64,000 nt of DNA from an uncultured Roseovarius sp. (GCF_947259555.1 NZ_CAMYMD010000100.1:1944-65943); one strand, 5' to 3'; positions 38,950 to 48,613 are shown, counted from the first letter of the stretch. Notes: generated from the letters alone by a model not told the origin. A program made the numbers and translations.

Positions 38950-39840
38950 CTATGAGCGTGCGGCGCTCGACCTGAGCCAATCCAGAAAAGCGGTTGCTGC
39001 TTTGGACGGCTTCGCTTGGGCCGGAATGATCCAGTAAGCATCTGACAGGTCAATAGACAGAGCCTCGAATACGCGTTCAAGAACGCCGCTTTTCAGACTG
39101 TCCTCAATCAATCGATGATGCGCAAGCGCTATGCCCAGGCCTTGTTCTGCGGCGCGGATAACAAGATCGGAGGACCCGAAGCGCTGGCCTTTGCGCACAT
39201 CCAGATCAGCTGGACCATACATATCGCGCCATCGCTGCCAGGACGTATTGGGATCGCGGTCGTGCAGCAGTCTGTGGACGCGCAGGTTATCGGAGGTTTC
39301 AGGCTTTGGATGGAGGCTCCAATACCGCGGACTCGCGACCGGCACCAAATGGTCGGACATCAGCGGAGCGGCGAGCCTGTCTTCCCAAGGGCCTGCGCCC
39401 ATTCGTATGGACAGATCACATCCCATCATATCCGGGTGGCGCTGCCGTTGGTCGACGAGAACAGACACTTTCACCCAAGGGGCTGTGTCCTCAAAGTCGG
39501 GCAGCCGTGGCAACAGCCACCTGGCCGCAAAAGAGGGCGTTGTGTCCACAAGAACCGAATTGTTCGCCCGCCTTTCTCGAAGGTTTTCTGTCACCTGGTG
39601 CAATTCGGAAAGTGTCTTGCGCGCCGTGTCCGCCAGCCGGACGCCTTGCGCGGTGAATGTCAGGGTGCGGTGCCCCGTCTCGCGGTCTGTCAGATCCGTT
39701 CCGATCCAAGCCTCAAGCTCCCGCAGGTGGCGGCTGACGGAGGAATGGCTCACCCCGAGCAAACGCGCCGCCGGACGAATGCCGCCCTCGGAATAAATCA
39801 GCGCAAAGGCGCGGAGGGCGTTCATTGGTAAATCTCGCAT
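38950..39840 (-). CDS. LysR-family transcriptional regulator
   Basis: N-terminal wHTH MNALRAFALIYSEGGIRPAARLLGVSHSSVSRHLRELE plus a LysR substrate-binding domain. 296 aa. Confidence 0.85.
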   Translation of the reverse strand: MRDLPMNALRAFALIYSEGGIRPAARLLGVSHSSVSRHLRELEAWIGTDLTDRETGHRTLTFTAQGVRLADTARKTLSELHQVTENLRERRANNSVLVDTTPSFAARWLLPRLPDFEDTAPWVKVSVLVDQRQRHPDMMGCDLSIRMGAGPWEDRLAAPLMSDHLVPVASPRYWSLHPKPETSDNLRVHRLLHDRDPNTSWQRWRDMYGPADLDVRKGQRFGSSDLVIRAAEQGLGIALAHHRLIEDSLKSGVLERVFEALSIDLSDAYWIIPAQAKPSKAATAFLDWLRSSAARS

Positions 39841-39930
39841 GGTCTATTTAATAGACCAAATAGAGCACAGTTTGCAACATCCCGGCGCTACAACACCTGC
39901 TATTCTTAGATTGAAATCAGGAGACACACC

Positions 39931-40155
39931 ATGGGCATGCTCATCGAAGGAAGTTGGACGGACATCGAAAAATTTATTAATAACGGTGCATTTACTCGTG
40001 CGCCAAGTGCGTTCTCAGGACCAGTCACGCTGCCCCCCAATGCGTCAACAGGCACCGCCCCACGATTCTGGCTGATCGCATCGAAAAGTTGCCCTTGGTC
40101 ACATGGTACGACCATTATCAGGGCGTTGCACACACTTGAGCTACAGGTGGGGCTC
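39931..40155 (+). pseudogene. glutathionyl-hydroquinone reductase (YqjG-type GST) N-terminal fragment
   Basis: MGMLIEGSWTD..FTRAPSAFSG..RFWLIASKSCPWSHGTTIIRAL resembles the YqjG N-terminus (CPWAHR motif). Similarity is lost after ~75 codons. Confidence 0.5.
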
Positions 40156-40169
40156 CACATCGCCCATGG

Positions 40170-40804
40170 GGTGCGTGGATTGCGCTGTTCTGGATGCTTT
40201 GGAACGATCCGCCAGACAGGCGCAGACGACCGTGCGCATACTCTATACCGGTGGGTGCTGGCTCTATGGTGCAACCGGAGAGCTCGTCGCCGATGAAATG
40301 ACGCCATTCAATCCGATCGAACCCTTCGCATGGATGGTGGAAAATGCATCCCGTCTCGAACGATCGTCCTTCTTCCGAGCGAGCGTGCTTCACCCCGCTA
40401 TGGTTTATCACAAAGGGGGCGGCGCTTTCGCGCGCTACCTGGAGCAAGCCAGACAAGGACAGCCCGTTGAAATCTGGGGAAGCGCCGACACCCGCTGGCC
40501 GCTCATCCATCGCGACGATCTGGCCGTTGCGTATCGCATTCTGGTCGATAACCCGGAAATGGTAGGACATTACAATGTCAGCGCCGAGATGGGCCGGCGA
40601 ACCGGGGATATCGCGGCAGAGATTGCGAAGGTTTTGGGGAACGGCGAAGTAATCGTAACCGCTCCACAAGACATTCTCGCGGCGCACGGGGCTTGGGCCG
40701 AAGGGCCAATGCTCGATCAGCAAATGAGCTCGGGGAAATTAGCTGCGACAGGCCTTTGGAAACCCCGATTTATCGATTTCGTAGCATCTGATGTTCTGAC
40801 CTGA
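40170..40804 (+). pseudogene. NAD-dependent epimerase/dehydratase (SDR) C-terminal fragment
   Basis: In a different frame from the GST piece. ..RILYTGGCWLYGATGELVADEMTPFNP.. is the typical mid/C-terminal SDR-epimerase region. There is no Rossmann N-terminus. Confidence 0.5.
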
Positions 40805-40842
40805 TCGACAGGACGTTGGCGTCGTTTTGTGAGAGAGTATAC

Positions 40843-40884
40843 TTGCCAGGCACGACATTTTGGGCGGACTGTCGTGCCTGGCAA
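40843..40884. terminator. 14-bp perfect stem-loop between convergent gene fragments
   Basis: TTGCCAGGCACGAC-N14-GTCGTGCCTGGCAA. Confidence 0.5.
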
Positions 40885-40961
40885 AGCGGTCCTTGACGCA
40901 ATTTACGTGACGACGGACAATCCGAATTCCTGTTGTTCTGAACATCAATGCCGATGGCAGC

Positions 40962-41390
40962 TCATTGCCGTGATCCAAGGGGGATGCGGCCAGCCTGTCT
41001 GCTTGCTGCGCTTGGGTCATGGCTCGGGAGATAGACCGTCGGATTCTTGGCGGCATGAGCAAGGATTTGTCGGTGTGTCTCGATTTCAGCTTCAATGTCG
41101 GTGCCAACACCGTCGGCAATCATCTGGACCACGTGGCTCTCGGTGTAAGATGTATCACCGGCGAACATGATCGTCGCCCCGCCGTCTTCAAGCAGAACTG
41201 ACAGGTGCCCCGGGAAAGGCCCCAAGCCGCCATCCTCAAAGTTCAGCAGCGTTGGCGCAAAATTCGCTGGCCAGCGTTGGTTGGGCGAGCGGCTCCGTTC
41301 AAGTGCAACGACGAGATGCTGGATGACAAGTTCGCCGCGACAGGCGTCGTGCTCTTCGGCGGCAACGGGGTTGCGCTGAACCTCGGGCAC
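40962..41390 (-). pseudogene. MBL-fold hydrolase C-terminal fragment
   Basis: ..FPGHLSVLLEDGGATIMFAGDTSYTE..YLPSHDP.. A possible HHHADE (HxHxDH-like) relic lies upstream in another frame (~41480). Confidence 0.45.
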
Positions 41391-41592
41391 AAGGCGGAAG
41401 CGAAAGGGTTGACGGTCATGCAGGTTGCGGACCCGGCGAAGAAGACCGCGGAGACATGACCTGCGAGGGTCGCCTTTGCGCGGCCCTTTTTCCCTTTCTC
41501 ATCGGCGTGATGGTGCCCCAAAAACCTTGTGCCTAGCAATTTTATATTTTGATAGGTATATGCGTGCCAAGCAAAACATGGAAATGATAGGC

Positions 41593-42612
41593 ATGACCCC
41601 ACTCAGCAGCATCGGGATGAGCGCCTACACCGATCTGGTGCGGCTCCTGAAGGTTGACGCCTTGTCCGGTGTGGAGGGCAAACCGACACTGAAAGAACGC
41701 GGTGACAAAGCCTACTGGTACGCGGCCCGTCGTGTCGGAACAGAGATGCGCTTTATCTATATCGGCGAAGACAGCGACGGGACGCGTGCGCGCATCGAGC
41801 GTATCGAGGTGCTGCGCGCGACCGCAAAGGAACGTCAGGCCGAGAGGTCGCGACTGGTTCGGCTCTTGCGCGCCGAAGGCATGACGCCCACCGACCGGGC
41901 GACCGGTTCCATCCTCTCCGCCATGGCGGCCGCGGGTACATTCCGGCTGGGCAGTACCATCGTCGGGACGAATGCGTTCCGCCTCTATGAAGGCGAGCTT
42001 GGTACCCGCCTGCCTCTCGGCGGTATGGCCAACACCGGCGATATCGACATCGCGCAGTTCAAGAAGCTCAGCGTCGCCTTGCAGGATCAGGTCGATCCCG
42101 GACTGGCCGAGACCTTCTCGGCGCTGAAGTTCGACCCGGTCCCCGGGCTCGACAAGGGCCGGACCTGGCGATGGGCGCAGGGCGGCAGTGGCCAGTTGGT
42201 CGAGTTCCTGACGCCTGCCTTCGGGGATGAGACCATCCGCGACTTGCCCGCCCTTGGCGTGGGCGCGCAGGCGCTCAACTATCTCAACTTCCTGATTGCC
42301 GAGCCTATCTTTGCCGCGGCCCTCTATCGGTCCGGTATTCTCGTTCAGGTGCCGCGCCCGGAGCGCTACGCGATCCACAAGTTGATCATTGCTGATCGGC
42401 GGCGCGACGGCGCAGGCAGCCTCAAATCCGCGAAGGACCGCGAGCAGGCAGCCATTCTGATTGAGGCGATGGCAGAGGACCGTCCCGATGATCTGGGCAG
42501 GGCATATGCCACCGCGCTGGAGGTTGGCCCGCGCTGGCGCGAACACATCGGCAGTTCGCTGAAGCGCTTGCCGGAGACGAAGACCATGCTCGAGAGCCTG
42601 GGTGTTGATTGA
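41593..42612 (+). CDS. nucleotidyltransferase-fold protein (GSU2403 / NTP_transf_8-like, recalled family)
   Basis: About 339 aa (alternative ATG 41560). Basic helical N-terminus, then ..LGSTIVGTNAFRLYEG...NTGDIDIAQF.. Pol-beta-type NTase motifs. AT-rich upstream region. Confidence 0.5.
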   Translation: MTPLSSIGMSAYTDLVRLLKVDALSGVEGKPTLKERGDKAYWYAARRVGTEMRFIYIGEDSDGTRARIERIEVLRATAKERQAERSRLVRLLRAEGMTPTDRATGSILSAMAAAGTFRLGSTIVGTNAFRLYEGELGTRLPLGGMANTGDIDIAQFKKLSVALQDQVDPGLAETFSALKFDPVPGLDKGRTWRWAQGGSGQLVEFLTPAFGDETIRDLPALGVGAQALNYLNFLIAEPIFAAALYRSGILVQVPRPERYAIHKLIIADRRRDGAGSLKSAKDREQAAILIEAMAEDRPDDLGRAYATALEVGPRWREHIGSSLKRLPETKTMLESLGVD

Positions 42613-43191
42613 TGGCGCGATGATCGTCGCGGTAATTCAGGAACCTGCAGGACCACTTTCAAAGCCCTCCTTGATCTGATCGCCGCCAGAAACTGCCCCT
42701 TTTCCCTAGGGCGCCGGCCAGCGGCCCATCCACGTCGGGTTGGCCTGGGGTCGTCGCGATGGGTGATCATCTCAGGGCACCCAGACCGCGACAGATCTGC
42801 CGGTGTGCAGAGGGCGCGCGGTTTTTCTGCGCCCCTCTACGACATCCTCTTCGATGGCACGCGGCGCCCCCTACCCCGGATGTTTGCGGTTGCGCCGACC
42901 CAAGAGCCCAGCATGCCGGAGTTCAATTTCGTGCGTTCGATCCGTGTGTTCGATGTCCGCTTCGCATCGCAAAGAGAGGTGGGAGAAAACGACGCGTGTA
43001 GACGCTTTGCCAGCGTCTATCTTGGGACATATGGCACACAAGGTGATTTTGCCTGACGTCTGTCGTCGCCGTTGGCTTTTCCGGAGGTTCATTCAGGATT
43101 GGAAGGTTGCGTCCGTTCAGTGATTGTCCGATGTTGAGTGTCCTTCGGTCATGGAGTTGCAGGTTTTCTTCGCGGGTTGCTGTCTCAAGGC

Positions 43192-44235
43192 TCATCCGCC
43201 GCCATTCTCGGCCTCCACCAGCACCTTGCGGAAGGACTGGAACTTCTGCCGGTAGGTGCGCGGGGTTAGGCCGACCTTGCGGCGGAAGAGGCGGCGGAAG
43301 AAGCTGTCGTCGTCATAGCCAACCTCGGTGGCAACCTCCTCGATCGGCCGGTCGGTGGTCTCCAGTTCCTGCTTCGCTTCTTCCAGGCGTACCGAATGCA
43401 CGTAGTCCAGCGGCGGCAACCCCGTCGCCGCCTTGAACCGGCGCTTGAAGGTGCGTTCAGGCAGTCCGCTCAGGCTCACCATCTCCGACACGGGCGAAGG
43501 ATGTGCGTAGTGTTCCGCGATCCATTCCTGCACCTCGGCGATCTGCCCGTCCCGAGTCTGCGCGGAGCGCGCCAGTGATGCGTAGGGCAGTTGTCCCTCG
43601 CGGTGCCAGTCGATCAGCCAGCTTCGCGCCACCTGCATCGCCTCATCCGAGCCAAAGAAGCGCGCAATCAGGAACAGGCCTAGATCCAGATAGGAGGTGA
43701 CGCCGCCCGCAGTAATGATCCGCTGGCCTTCGCCGGAGGCGACGAGGAAGCGGTTCGGCTGCACGTCGATGTCGGCGTGCCGTGCGTCCAGTGCATCGCA
43801 ATAGGCCCAGTGAGTCGTCGCCTCGTGCCCATCGAGCAGTCCCGCCTCGGCCAGCATCAGCGTGCCGGAACAGGCTGATGCCAGAGTCGCTCCCTGTGCG
43901 TAGCACTGGCGCAACCAGCGACGCTCGGCCTTGAACCGGTCGTTTGGCGCGTCCTCTGGGGGAACGAACAGTTCCGGGACATAGACGATATCGGGCGGCG
44001 GACAGGTTCGGAAGGTTTCCTCCGCACGCATCCACACGCCGTTGGCGACTTCCATCGGGCGCGCGGTCCGCGCCACCAGTATGGATCGTGCGCGCGGCGT
44101 TCCGGCTTCGCCCTCGGTCAGGAACGCCCAGTCGCGACCTGCGGAGGCGAACATGTCGTAGATGCCGAACACGGTCGAGGCCGTGACCTCGGGTGTTACG
44201 ATCACGGCGATGATGAGTTGGTTCCTCTCCGGCAT
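43192..44235 (-). CDS. GlxA-family regulator (DJ-1/PfpI-like domain + AraC HTH)
   Basis: N-terminal ..IAVIVTPEVTASTVFGIYD..ASACSGTLMLAEAGLLDG.. C-terminal AraC HTH ..SEMVSLSGLPERTFKRRFKAATGLPP..VGYDD.SFFRRLFRRKVG.TP..YR. Confidence 0.8.
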   Translation of the reverse strand: MPERNQLIIAVIVTPEVTASTVFGIYDMFASAGRDWAFLTEGEAGTPRARSILVARTARPMEVANGVWMRAEETFRTCPPPDIVYVPELFVPPEDAPNDRFKAERRWLRQCYAQGATLASACSGTLMLAEAGLLDGHEATTHWAYCDALDARHADIDVQPNRFLVASGEGQRIITAGGVTSYLDLGLFLIARFFGSDEAMQVARSWLIDWHREGQLPYASLARSAQTRDGQIAEVQEWIAEHYAHPSPVSEMVSLSGLPERTFKRRFKAATGLPPLDYVHSVRLEEAKQELETTDRPIEEVATEVGYDDDSFFRRLFRRKVGLTPRTYRQKFQSFRKVLVEAENGGG

Positions 44236-44366
44236 GGCACGATCGACCTGTTTTCGGCTTGTCTGCATCTGTTCCAATCTAGCGATTCCGGCATGATGGG
44301 CACACCCTGAAAGGGTGCAAAGCCACCGGATGCCAGCCTGGCATCCCGAAGCGAAAGGAGAAAGCC

Positions 44367-44612
44367 ATGAGAGTCCGATTCACGGAAATGTTCAGGCGAG
44401 GTCTTGCGCTGACCGGCCTTTTCATCGGGCTCGGCCTCGGTGCAGCGCAGGCCGGAAGCCACGAGAAGATCACCGATTTCGACGTGGCCGAGGATCACAC
44501 CCGCTTCGTCTTTGACGAGGCGCCGGTCCATGACGAGATCATCCAACAGACGTTTCTCGGCTTCGGGGAGCATGGCGGCGTGAAGGTCCGGTTCGCAATC
44601 CCCGAAATGTGA
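44367..44612 (+). CDS. hypothetical small secreted protein (possibly a truncated gene)
   Basis: AAGGAGA lies upstream. Signal-like ..GLALTGLFIGLGLGAAQAG. No family recognised. Confidence 0.3.
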   Translation: MRVRFTEMFRRGLALTGLFIGLGLGAAQAGSHEKITDFDVAEDHTRFVFDEAPVHDEIIQQTFLGFGEHGGVKVRFAIPEM

Positions 44613-44620
44613 GGCACGCC

Positions 44621-45445
44621 ATGAGCAAGCACGAACATCTGCGCGAAGCCGAGGATATTGAACTTGCGGGGCTCACTGCCTTGCACGGGGCGGCCGATGG
44701 GCCACTCCGCGACCGGCTCGGCCTGGAACTGAAGGAAATCGGCGACGGTGTCGCATCCGTCGCCGGGACCCTGCCTGCCCCAGCGATCACCATCAACCGG
44801 ATGCTGGGCCTTGGCCGCCGACAGGCGCCGCAGGCAGCCGACGTGCAAGCGGCGGTGGACCTTTACCGCGCGGCCGGGGTGGAGCGCTTCTTTCTGCAAC
44901 CCGATCCCTCGACGGCGGACGACCGCATGGCGCCGCTCTGCGAGGCGGCGGGGCTGACCCGCGCCCGCGCCTGGCAGAAATTCGAACGCGGCCGCGACGC
45001 GCCGGTGCCCGAGATCGAGACCGCATTCGCGATCCGCAAGGCGGGACCCGAGGACGGCGAGACCTTCGCCCGGATCGTCTGCGACGCCTTCGACCTGGGC
45101 GAGGCCGCGATCCCCTGGATCGCACGGCTACCGGCTGCAGAGGACTGGCATGGCTATCTGGCCTTTGCCGGGGACGAGCCCGCAGGCACCGGGGCGTTCC
45201 ACGTCTCGGGCGAGGCGGCCTTCACCGATTTCGGCGCCACCGCGCCGGCATTCAGAGGCCGCGGCGCACAGACCGCCAATCTCGCTCACCGGGTTACGGA
45301 GGCGCTGCGCCTGGGTTGCAAGCGCATCCACACCTGCACCGGCGTCGCCGTAGAGGGCGATCCGCAGCAGTCCTACGCCAACATCCTCAAATGCGGCTTT
45401 GTCGAAACCCACGTGCGTGAGGCATGGCAGCCGGCGACGCACTGA
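44621..45445 (+). CDS. GNAT-family N-acetyltransferase
   Basis: The C-terminal half has a GNAT core (..GTGAFHV...TAPAFRGRGAQTANLAHRVTEALRLG..). Confidence 0.65.
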   Translation: MSKHEHLREAEDIELAGLTALHGAADGPLRDRLGLELKEIGDGVASVAGTLPAPAITINRMLGLGRRQAPQAADVQAAVDLYRAAGVERFFLQPDPSTADDRMAPLCEAAGLTRARAWQKFERGRDAPVPEIETAFAIRKAGPEDGETFARIVCDAFDLGEAAIPWIARLPAAEDWHGYLAFAGDEPAGTGAFHVSGEAAFTDFGATAPAFRGRGAQTANLAHRVTEALRLGCKRIHTCTGVAVEGDPQQSYANILKCGFVETHVREAWQPATH

Positions 45446-45461
45446 ATTCAAGGAGAACCTC

Positions 45462-46064
45462 ATGACCTACAAACTCGAAGGCAGGCTTCTGGAAGTCTGC
45501 GACTGCAATGTCCTGTGCCCCTGCTGGATCGGTGAGGATCCCGATGGCGACACCTGCCAGGCCTCGCTCGCTTATCACTTCGACAAGGGCGAGATCGACG
45601 GCGTGGACGTGACAGGGCCGACCGTCGCCGCGTCCACGTTCATTCCCGGAAATGTGCTGGCAGGCGACTGGCGCGTCTGCCTCTACGTCTCCGAGGACGC
45701 CGACGATGCGCAGTTCGACGTGCTGAAGGCGGCGTTCAGCGGCGAGAAGGATGGCCCGCTGGCCGACATCGCGTCACTGATCGGCGAGGTCATGTCGTTC
45801 GAGCGCGCCCCGATCACCTTCGAGGTGAAGGATGCGCACGGCCGCTACAGCGTCGGCGATGTGGTGGAGGCCGAGATCGAACCCTATCGCGGCCCGACCG
45901 GCGAGCCGACGACGCTGCGCGAGAGCATCTTCTCGACCATCCCTGGCTCGCCCGCTTTTGTCGGCAAGGCACCGCGCTACCGCAACACCAACCCGGCGCT
46001 CGGGCTGGATGTCGATCTGAAGGATCACAACGCCATCCAGGGCCATTTCGCCTTCGAGGCGTGA
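45462..46064 (+). CDS. DUF1326 domain protein (Cys-rich)
   Basis: MTYKLEGRLLEVCDCNVLCPCWIGEDPDGDTC.. is the characteristic N-terminal Cys cluster. AAGGAGA lies upstream. Confidence 0.65.
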   Translation: MTYKLEGRLLEVCDCNVLCPCWIGEDPDGDTCQASLAYHFDKGEIDGVDVTGPTVAASTFIPGNVLAGDWRVCLYVSEDADDAQFDVLKAAFSGEKDGPLADIASLIGEVMSFERAPITFEVKDAHGRYSVGDVVEAEIEPYRGPTGEPTTLRESIFSTIPGSPAFVGKAPRYRNTNPALGLDVDLKDHNAIQGHFAFEA

Positions 46065-46861
46065 AGAGAATGCGGACGATCCGACATCCGCGCCTGTTCC
46101 TTGGTCTCATGGGCTTGCTGCTGACGCTGGCCTGGGTGGTCCTCTGGCTGTGGCAGCATTCGCCCTACGGACGGTATCTCGACCACGGCGACTGGACCCG
46201 CGCCGGGCTGGCGCAGAGCCTCTGCGCCAGTCTGCCGGGCGGCGAATGGCTCCTGCCGCTCGGCCTTTATGCGGGCGGCTGGCTTCTGATGTCGGCAGCG
46301 ATGATGCTGCCGACCGCATTGCCACTGCTGGCCGGATTCCGGCGCATGGTCGCCGCGAGGCGCGACGGGGGCCGCCTGATCGCGCTGCTGATCACCGGAT
46401 ACCTCGCCCTCTGGCTCGGGTTCGGGATCACGGCCCATCTGCTCGACCTGGCAGTGCACGAAATCGCCGGACGCAGCCTCTGGCTTACCTTCAACGGCTG
46501 GGCGATCGGCGCGGGGGTCCTGGCACTGGCCGGACTGTTCCAGTTCTCGGCCCTGAAGGATCACTGCCTGACCCGCTGCCGCGCACCGGCGGGCTTCATC
46601 CTGCGGCACTGGCGCGGGCCCCGGCCCAATCGGCAGGCCATAATGATCGGGCTCGACCACGGACTCTACTGCGTCGGCTGCTGCTGGGCGCTGATGCTGC
46701 TGATGTTCGTCACCGGCACAGCCAGCGTCGGCTGGATGCTGCTTCTGGGCGCGGTGATGGCGGCCGAGAAGAACCTGCCCGGCGGCGAGCGCCTCTCGAA
46801 CGTTATCGGGCTGATCCTGATCGGATTTGCCGTTCTGATGACTGCACAAAACCTTGTCTGA
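46061..46861 (+). CDS. DUF2182 integral membrane protein (predicted metal-binding)
   Basis: Its start overlaps the DUF1326 stop. ..WLLMSAAMMLPTALPLL.. and ..GLYCVGCCWALMLLMF.. motifs. Confidence 0.65.
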   Translation: MKRMRTIRHPRLFLGLMGLLLTLAWVVLWLWQHSPYGRYLDHGDWTRAGLAQSLCASLPGGEWLLPLGLYAGGWLLMSAAMMLPTALPLLAGFRRMVAARRDGGRLIALLITGYLALWLGFGITAHLLDLAVHEIAGRSLWLTFNGWAIGAGVLALAGLFQFSALKDHCLTRCRAPAGFILRHWRGPRPNRQAIMIGLDHGLYCVGCCWALMLLMFVTGTASVGWMLLLGAVMAAEKNLPGGERLSNVIGLILIGFAVLMTAQNLV

Positions 46862-46916
46862 CACCGTCCGCGACGCTGGCACGAAGAAATCGGGCACGAA
46901 GAAATGGAGAAGATCG

Positions 46917-48554
46917 ATGACCTATTATAACCTTGGACCCTACAGCCGCAAGATCACGACCAACTCGGACGATGCGCAGCTCTGGTTCGACCGGGGGCTC
47001 AATTGGGTCTACGGCTACAACCACGAGGCGGCGATCCAGTGCTTCAAAGAAGCGGTGAAGGCCGATCCCGGCTGCGCGATGGCGCATTGGGGCATCGCCG
47101 CCGCCTCGGGCCCGAACTACAACCAGCCCTGGGAGGACATGGTGCCCGACGAGCGGGACGAGACCGTCGCCACCGCACGCGAGGCGATCGAGGCGACGCA
47201 AGGGCTGACCGACGGATTGCCGCCGGTAGAGAAGGCGCTGATCGGCGCGGTCGCGAAGCGCTTTCCCGACGAGCCGGTGGACGACATCGCGCCGTATCTT
47301 GACGCCTATGCCGACGCCATGCGTGATGTGAACAAGGGGCATCCCGAGGATCCGGATGTCGCCGCGCTCTTCGCCGAGGCGATGATGAACCGCACACCAT
47401 GGCAGCTTTGGGATCTCAAGACGGGCAAGCCGGCCGACGGCGCCGACACTCTCGAGGCGCGTGTGGTTCTGGAAACCGCGCTGGATGAGTTGCCCGGCGC
47501 CTGGGATCATCCGGGCCTCCTGCATTTCTACATCCACTTGATGGAAATGTCGCCAACGCCCGAGATTGCGCTGCGCCACGGCGACCGGCTTAACACGCTG
47601 TTGCCCGATGCCGGGCACCTGATCCACATGGCCACCCATATCGACGTGCTCTGCGGCGACTATCACAACGTCGTCGCGCGCAATACCAAGGCTATCGAAG
47701 CCGACCGGAAATGGCTGGAGCGTGAGGGCGCGGACAATTTCTATACGATCTACCGCTGCCACAACTATCATTTCAAGATCTACGGCGCGATGTTCCTGGG
47801 CCAACCCGCGCCCGCGCTGGCAGCCGCCAACGAACTGGTAGAGACCCTGCCGGGTGACGACACGCTACGCCAGATGGCGGATTGGTTTGAATCCTTTGTG
47901 CCGATGAGGATGCACGTGCTGATCCGCTTTGGGATGTGGGAGGAGATCCTCGCCGCCGAACTACCCGAGGATGCCGAGCTCTATGCCATGACGACCGCGC
48001 TCATGCGCTATGCGCGGACCGTGGCGCTGTCCAACACGGGCAAGATCGACAAGGCCGAGGCGGAGGCAAAGAAATTCGACGCCGCCCACAAGGCCGTGCC
48101 CGAGAGCAGGATGCTCTTCAACAACACCTGCCAGGATATCCTGAAAGTGGCCGAGGCGATGATGCGGGGCGAGTTGGAATACAAGAAGGGTAACGAGGAA
48201 GCCGCGTTCGAGCATCTGCGCCGGTCGGTCGAGTTGGACGACAACCTGCCCTATGACGAGCCGTGGGGCTGGATGCAGCCGACGCGCCACGCGCTCGGCG
48301 CGCTGCTGCTCGACGCGGGGCGCTATGACGAGGCGGAGGCGGTCTATCGCGCCGATCTCGGGCTCGACGACACGCTCGCCCGCGCCTGCCAGCACCCTGC
48401 AAATGCCTGGAGCCTGCACGGGTTGCACGAATGCCTGACCCGTCGCAGCGAAAAGGTCGAGGCGCTGCACGTCAAGCGCCTGCTCGACCACGCGCTGGCC
48501 CGCGCCGAGGTGCCGATCAAATCCTCCTGTTATTGCCGGCAGAAAGGGGCTTGA
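46917..48554 (+). CDS. TPR-like helical-repeat protein, function unknown
   Basis: 545 aa from ATG 46917 (GGAGAA upstream). All-helical repeat character, with ..FKEAVKADPGCAMAHWGIA.. at the N-terminus. Confidence 0.55.
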   Translation: MTYYNLGPYSRKITTNSDDAQLWFDRGLNWVYGYNHEAAIQCFKEAVKADPGCAMAHWGIAAASGPNYNQPWEDMVPDERDETVATAREAIEATQGLTDGLPPVEKALIGAVAKRFPDEPVDDIAPYLDAYADAMRDVNKGHPEDPDVAALFAEAMMNRTPWQLWDLKTGKPADGADTLEARVVLETALDELPGAWDHPGLLHFYIHLMEMSPTPEIALRHGDRLNTLLPDAGHLIHMATHIDVLCGDYHNVVARNTKAIEADRKWLEREGADNFYTIYRCHNYHFKIYGAMFLGQPAPALAAANELVETLPGDDTLRQMADWFESFVPMRMHVLIRFGMWEEILAAELPEDAELYAMTTALMRYARTVALSNTGKIDKAEAEAKKFDAAHKAVPESRMLFNNTCQDILKVAEAMMRGELEYKKGNEEAAFEHLRRSVELDDNLPYDEPWGWMQPTRHALGALLLDAGRYDEAEAVYRADLGLDDTLARACQHPANAWSLHGLHECLTRRSEKVEALHVKRLLDHALARAEVPIKSSCYCRQKGA

Positions 48555-48613
48555 ACAGCATGCGGTATCTTGTGGCTCGTTGCCATTCCAACCCGCCAGA
48601 TTCCGGCGGAGAT

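Noticed and set aside
42923-43195. A 90-codon ORF whose ATG overlaps the glxA stop (ATGA), suggesting a translationally coupled downstream gene.
   Set aside because: Third-codon positions are mixed rather than G/C-dominated as in genuine genes here. There is no recognisable motif, and competing ORFs occupy other frames of the same stretch. It is most likely non-coding debris.
574-48554. The idea that the TTC38-like protein (607-1983) and the 545-aa TPR protein (46917-48554) are paralogues of one family.
   Set aside because: Both are helical-repeat proteins with a ..AMAH.. motif near the N-terminus, but I could not align them convincingly by eye. It needs an HMM-HMM comparison, so I make no claim.
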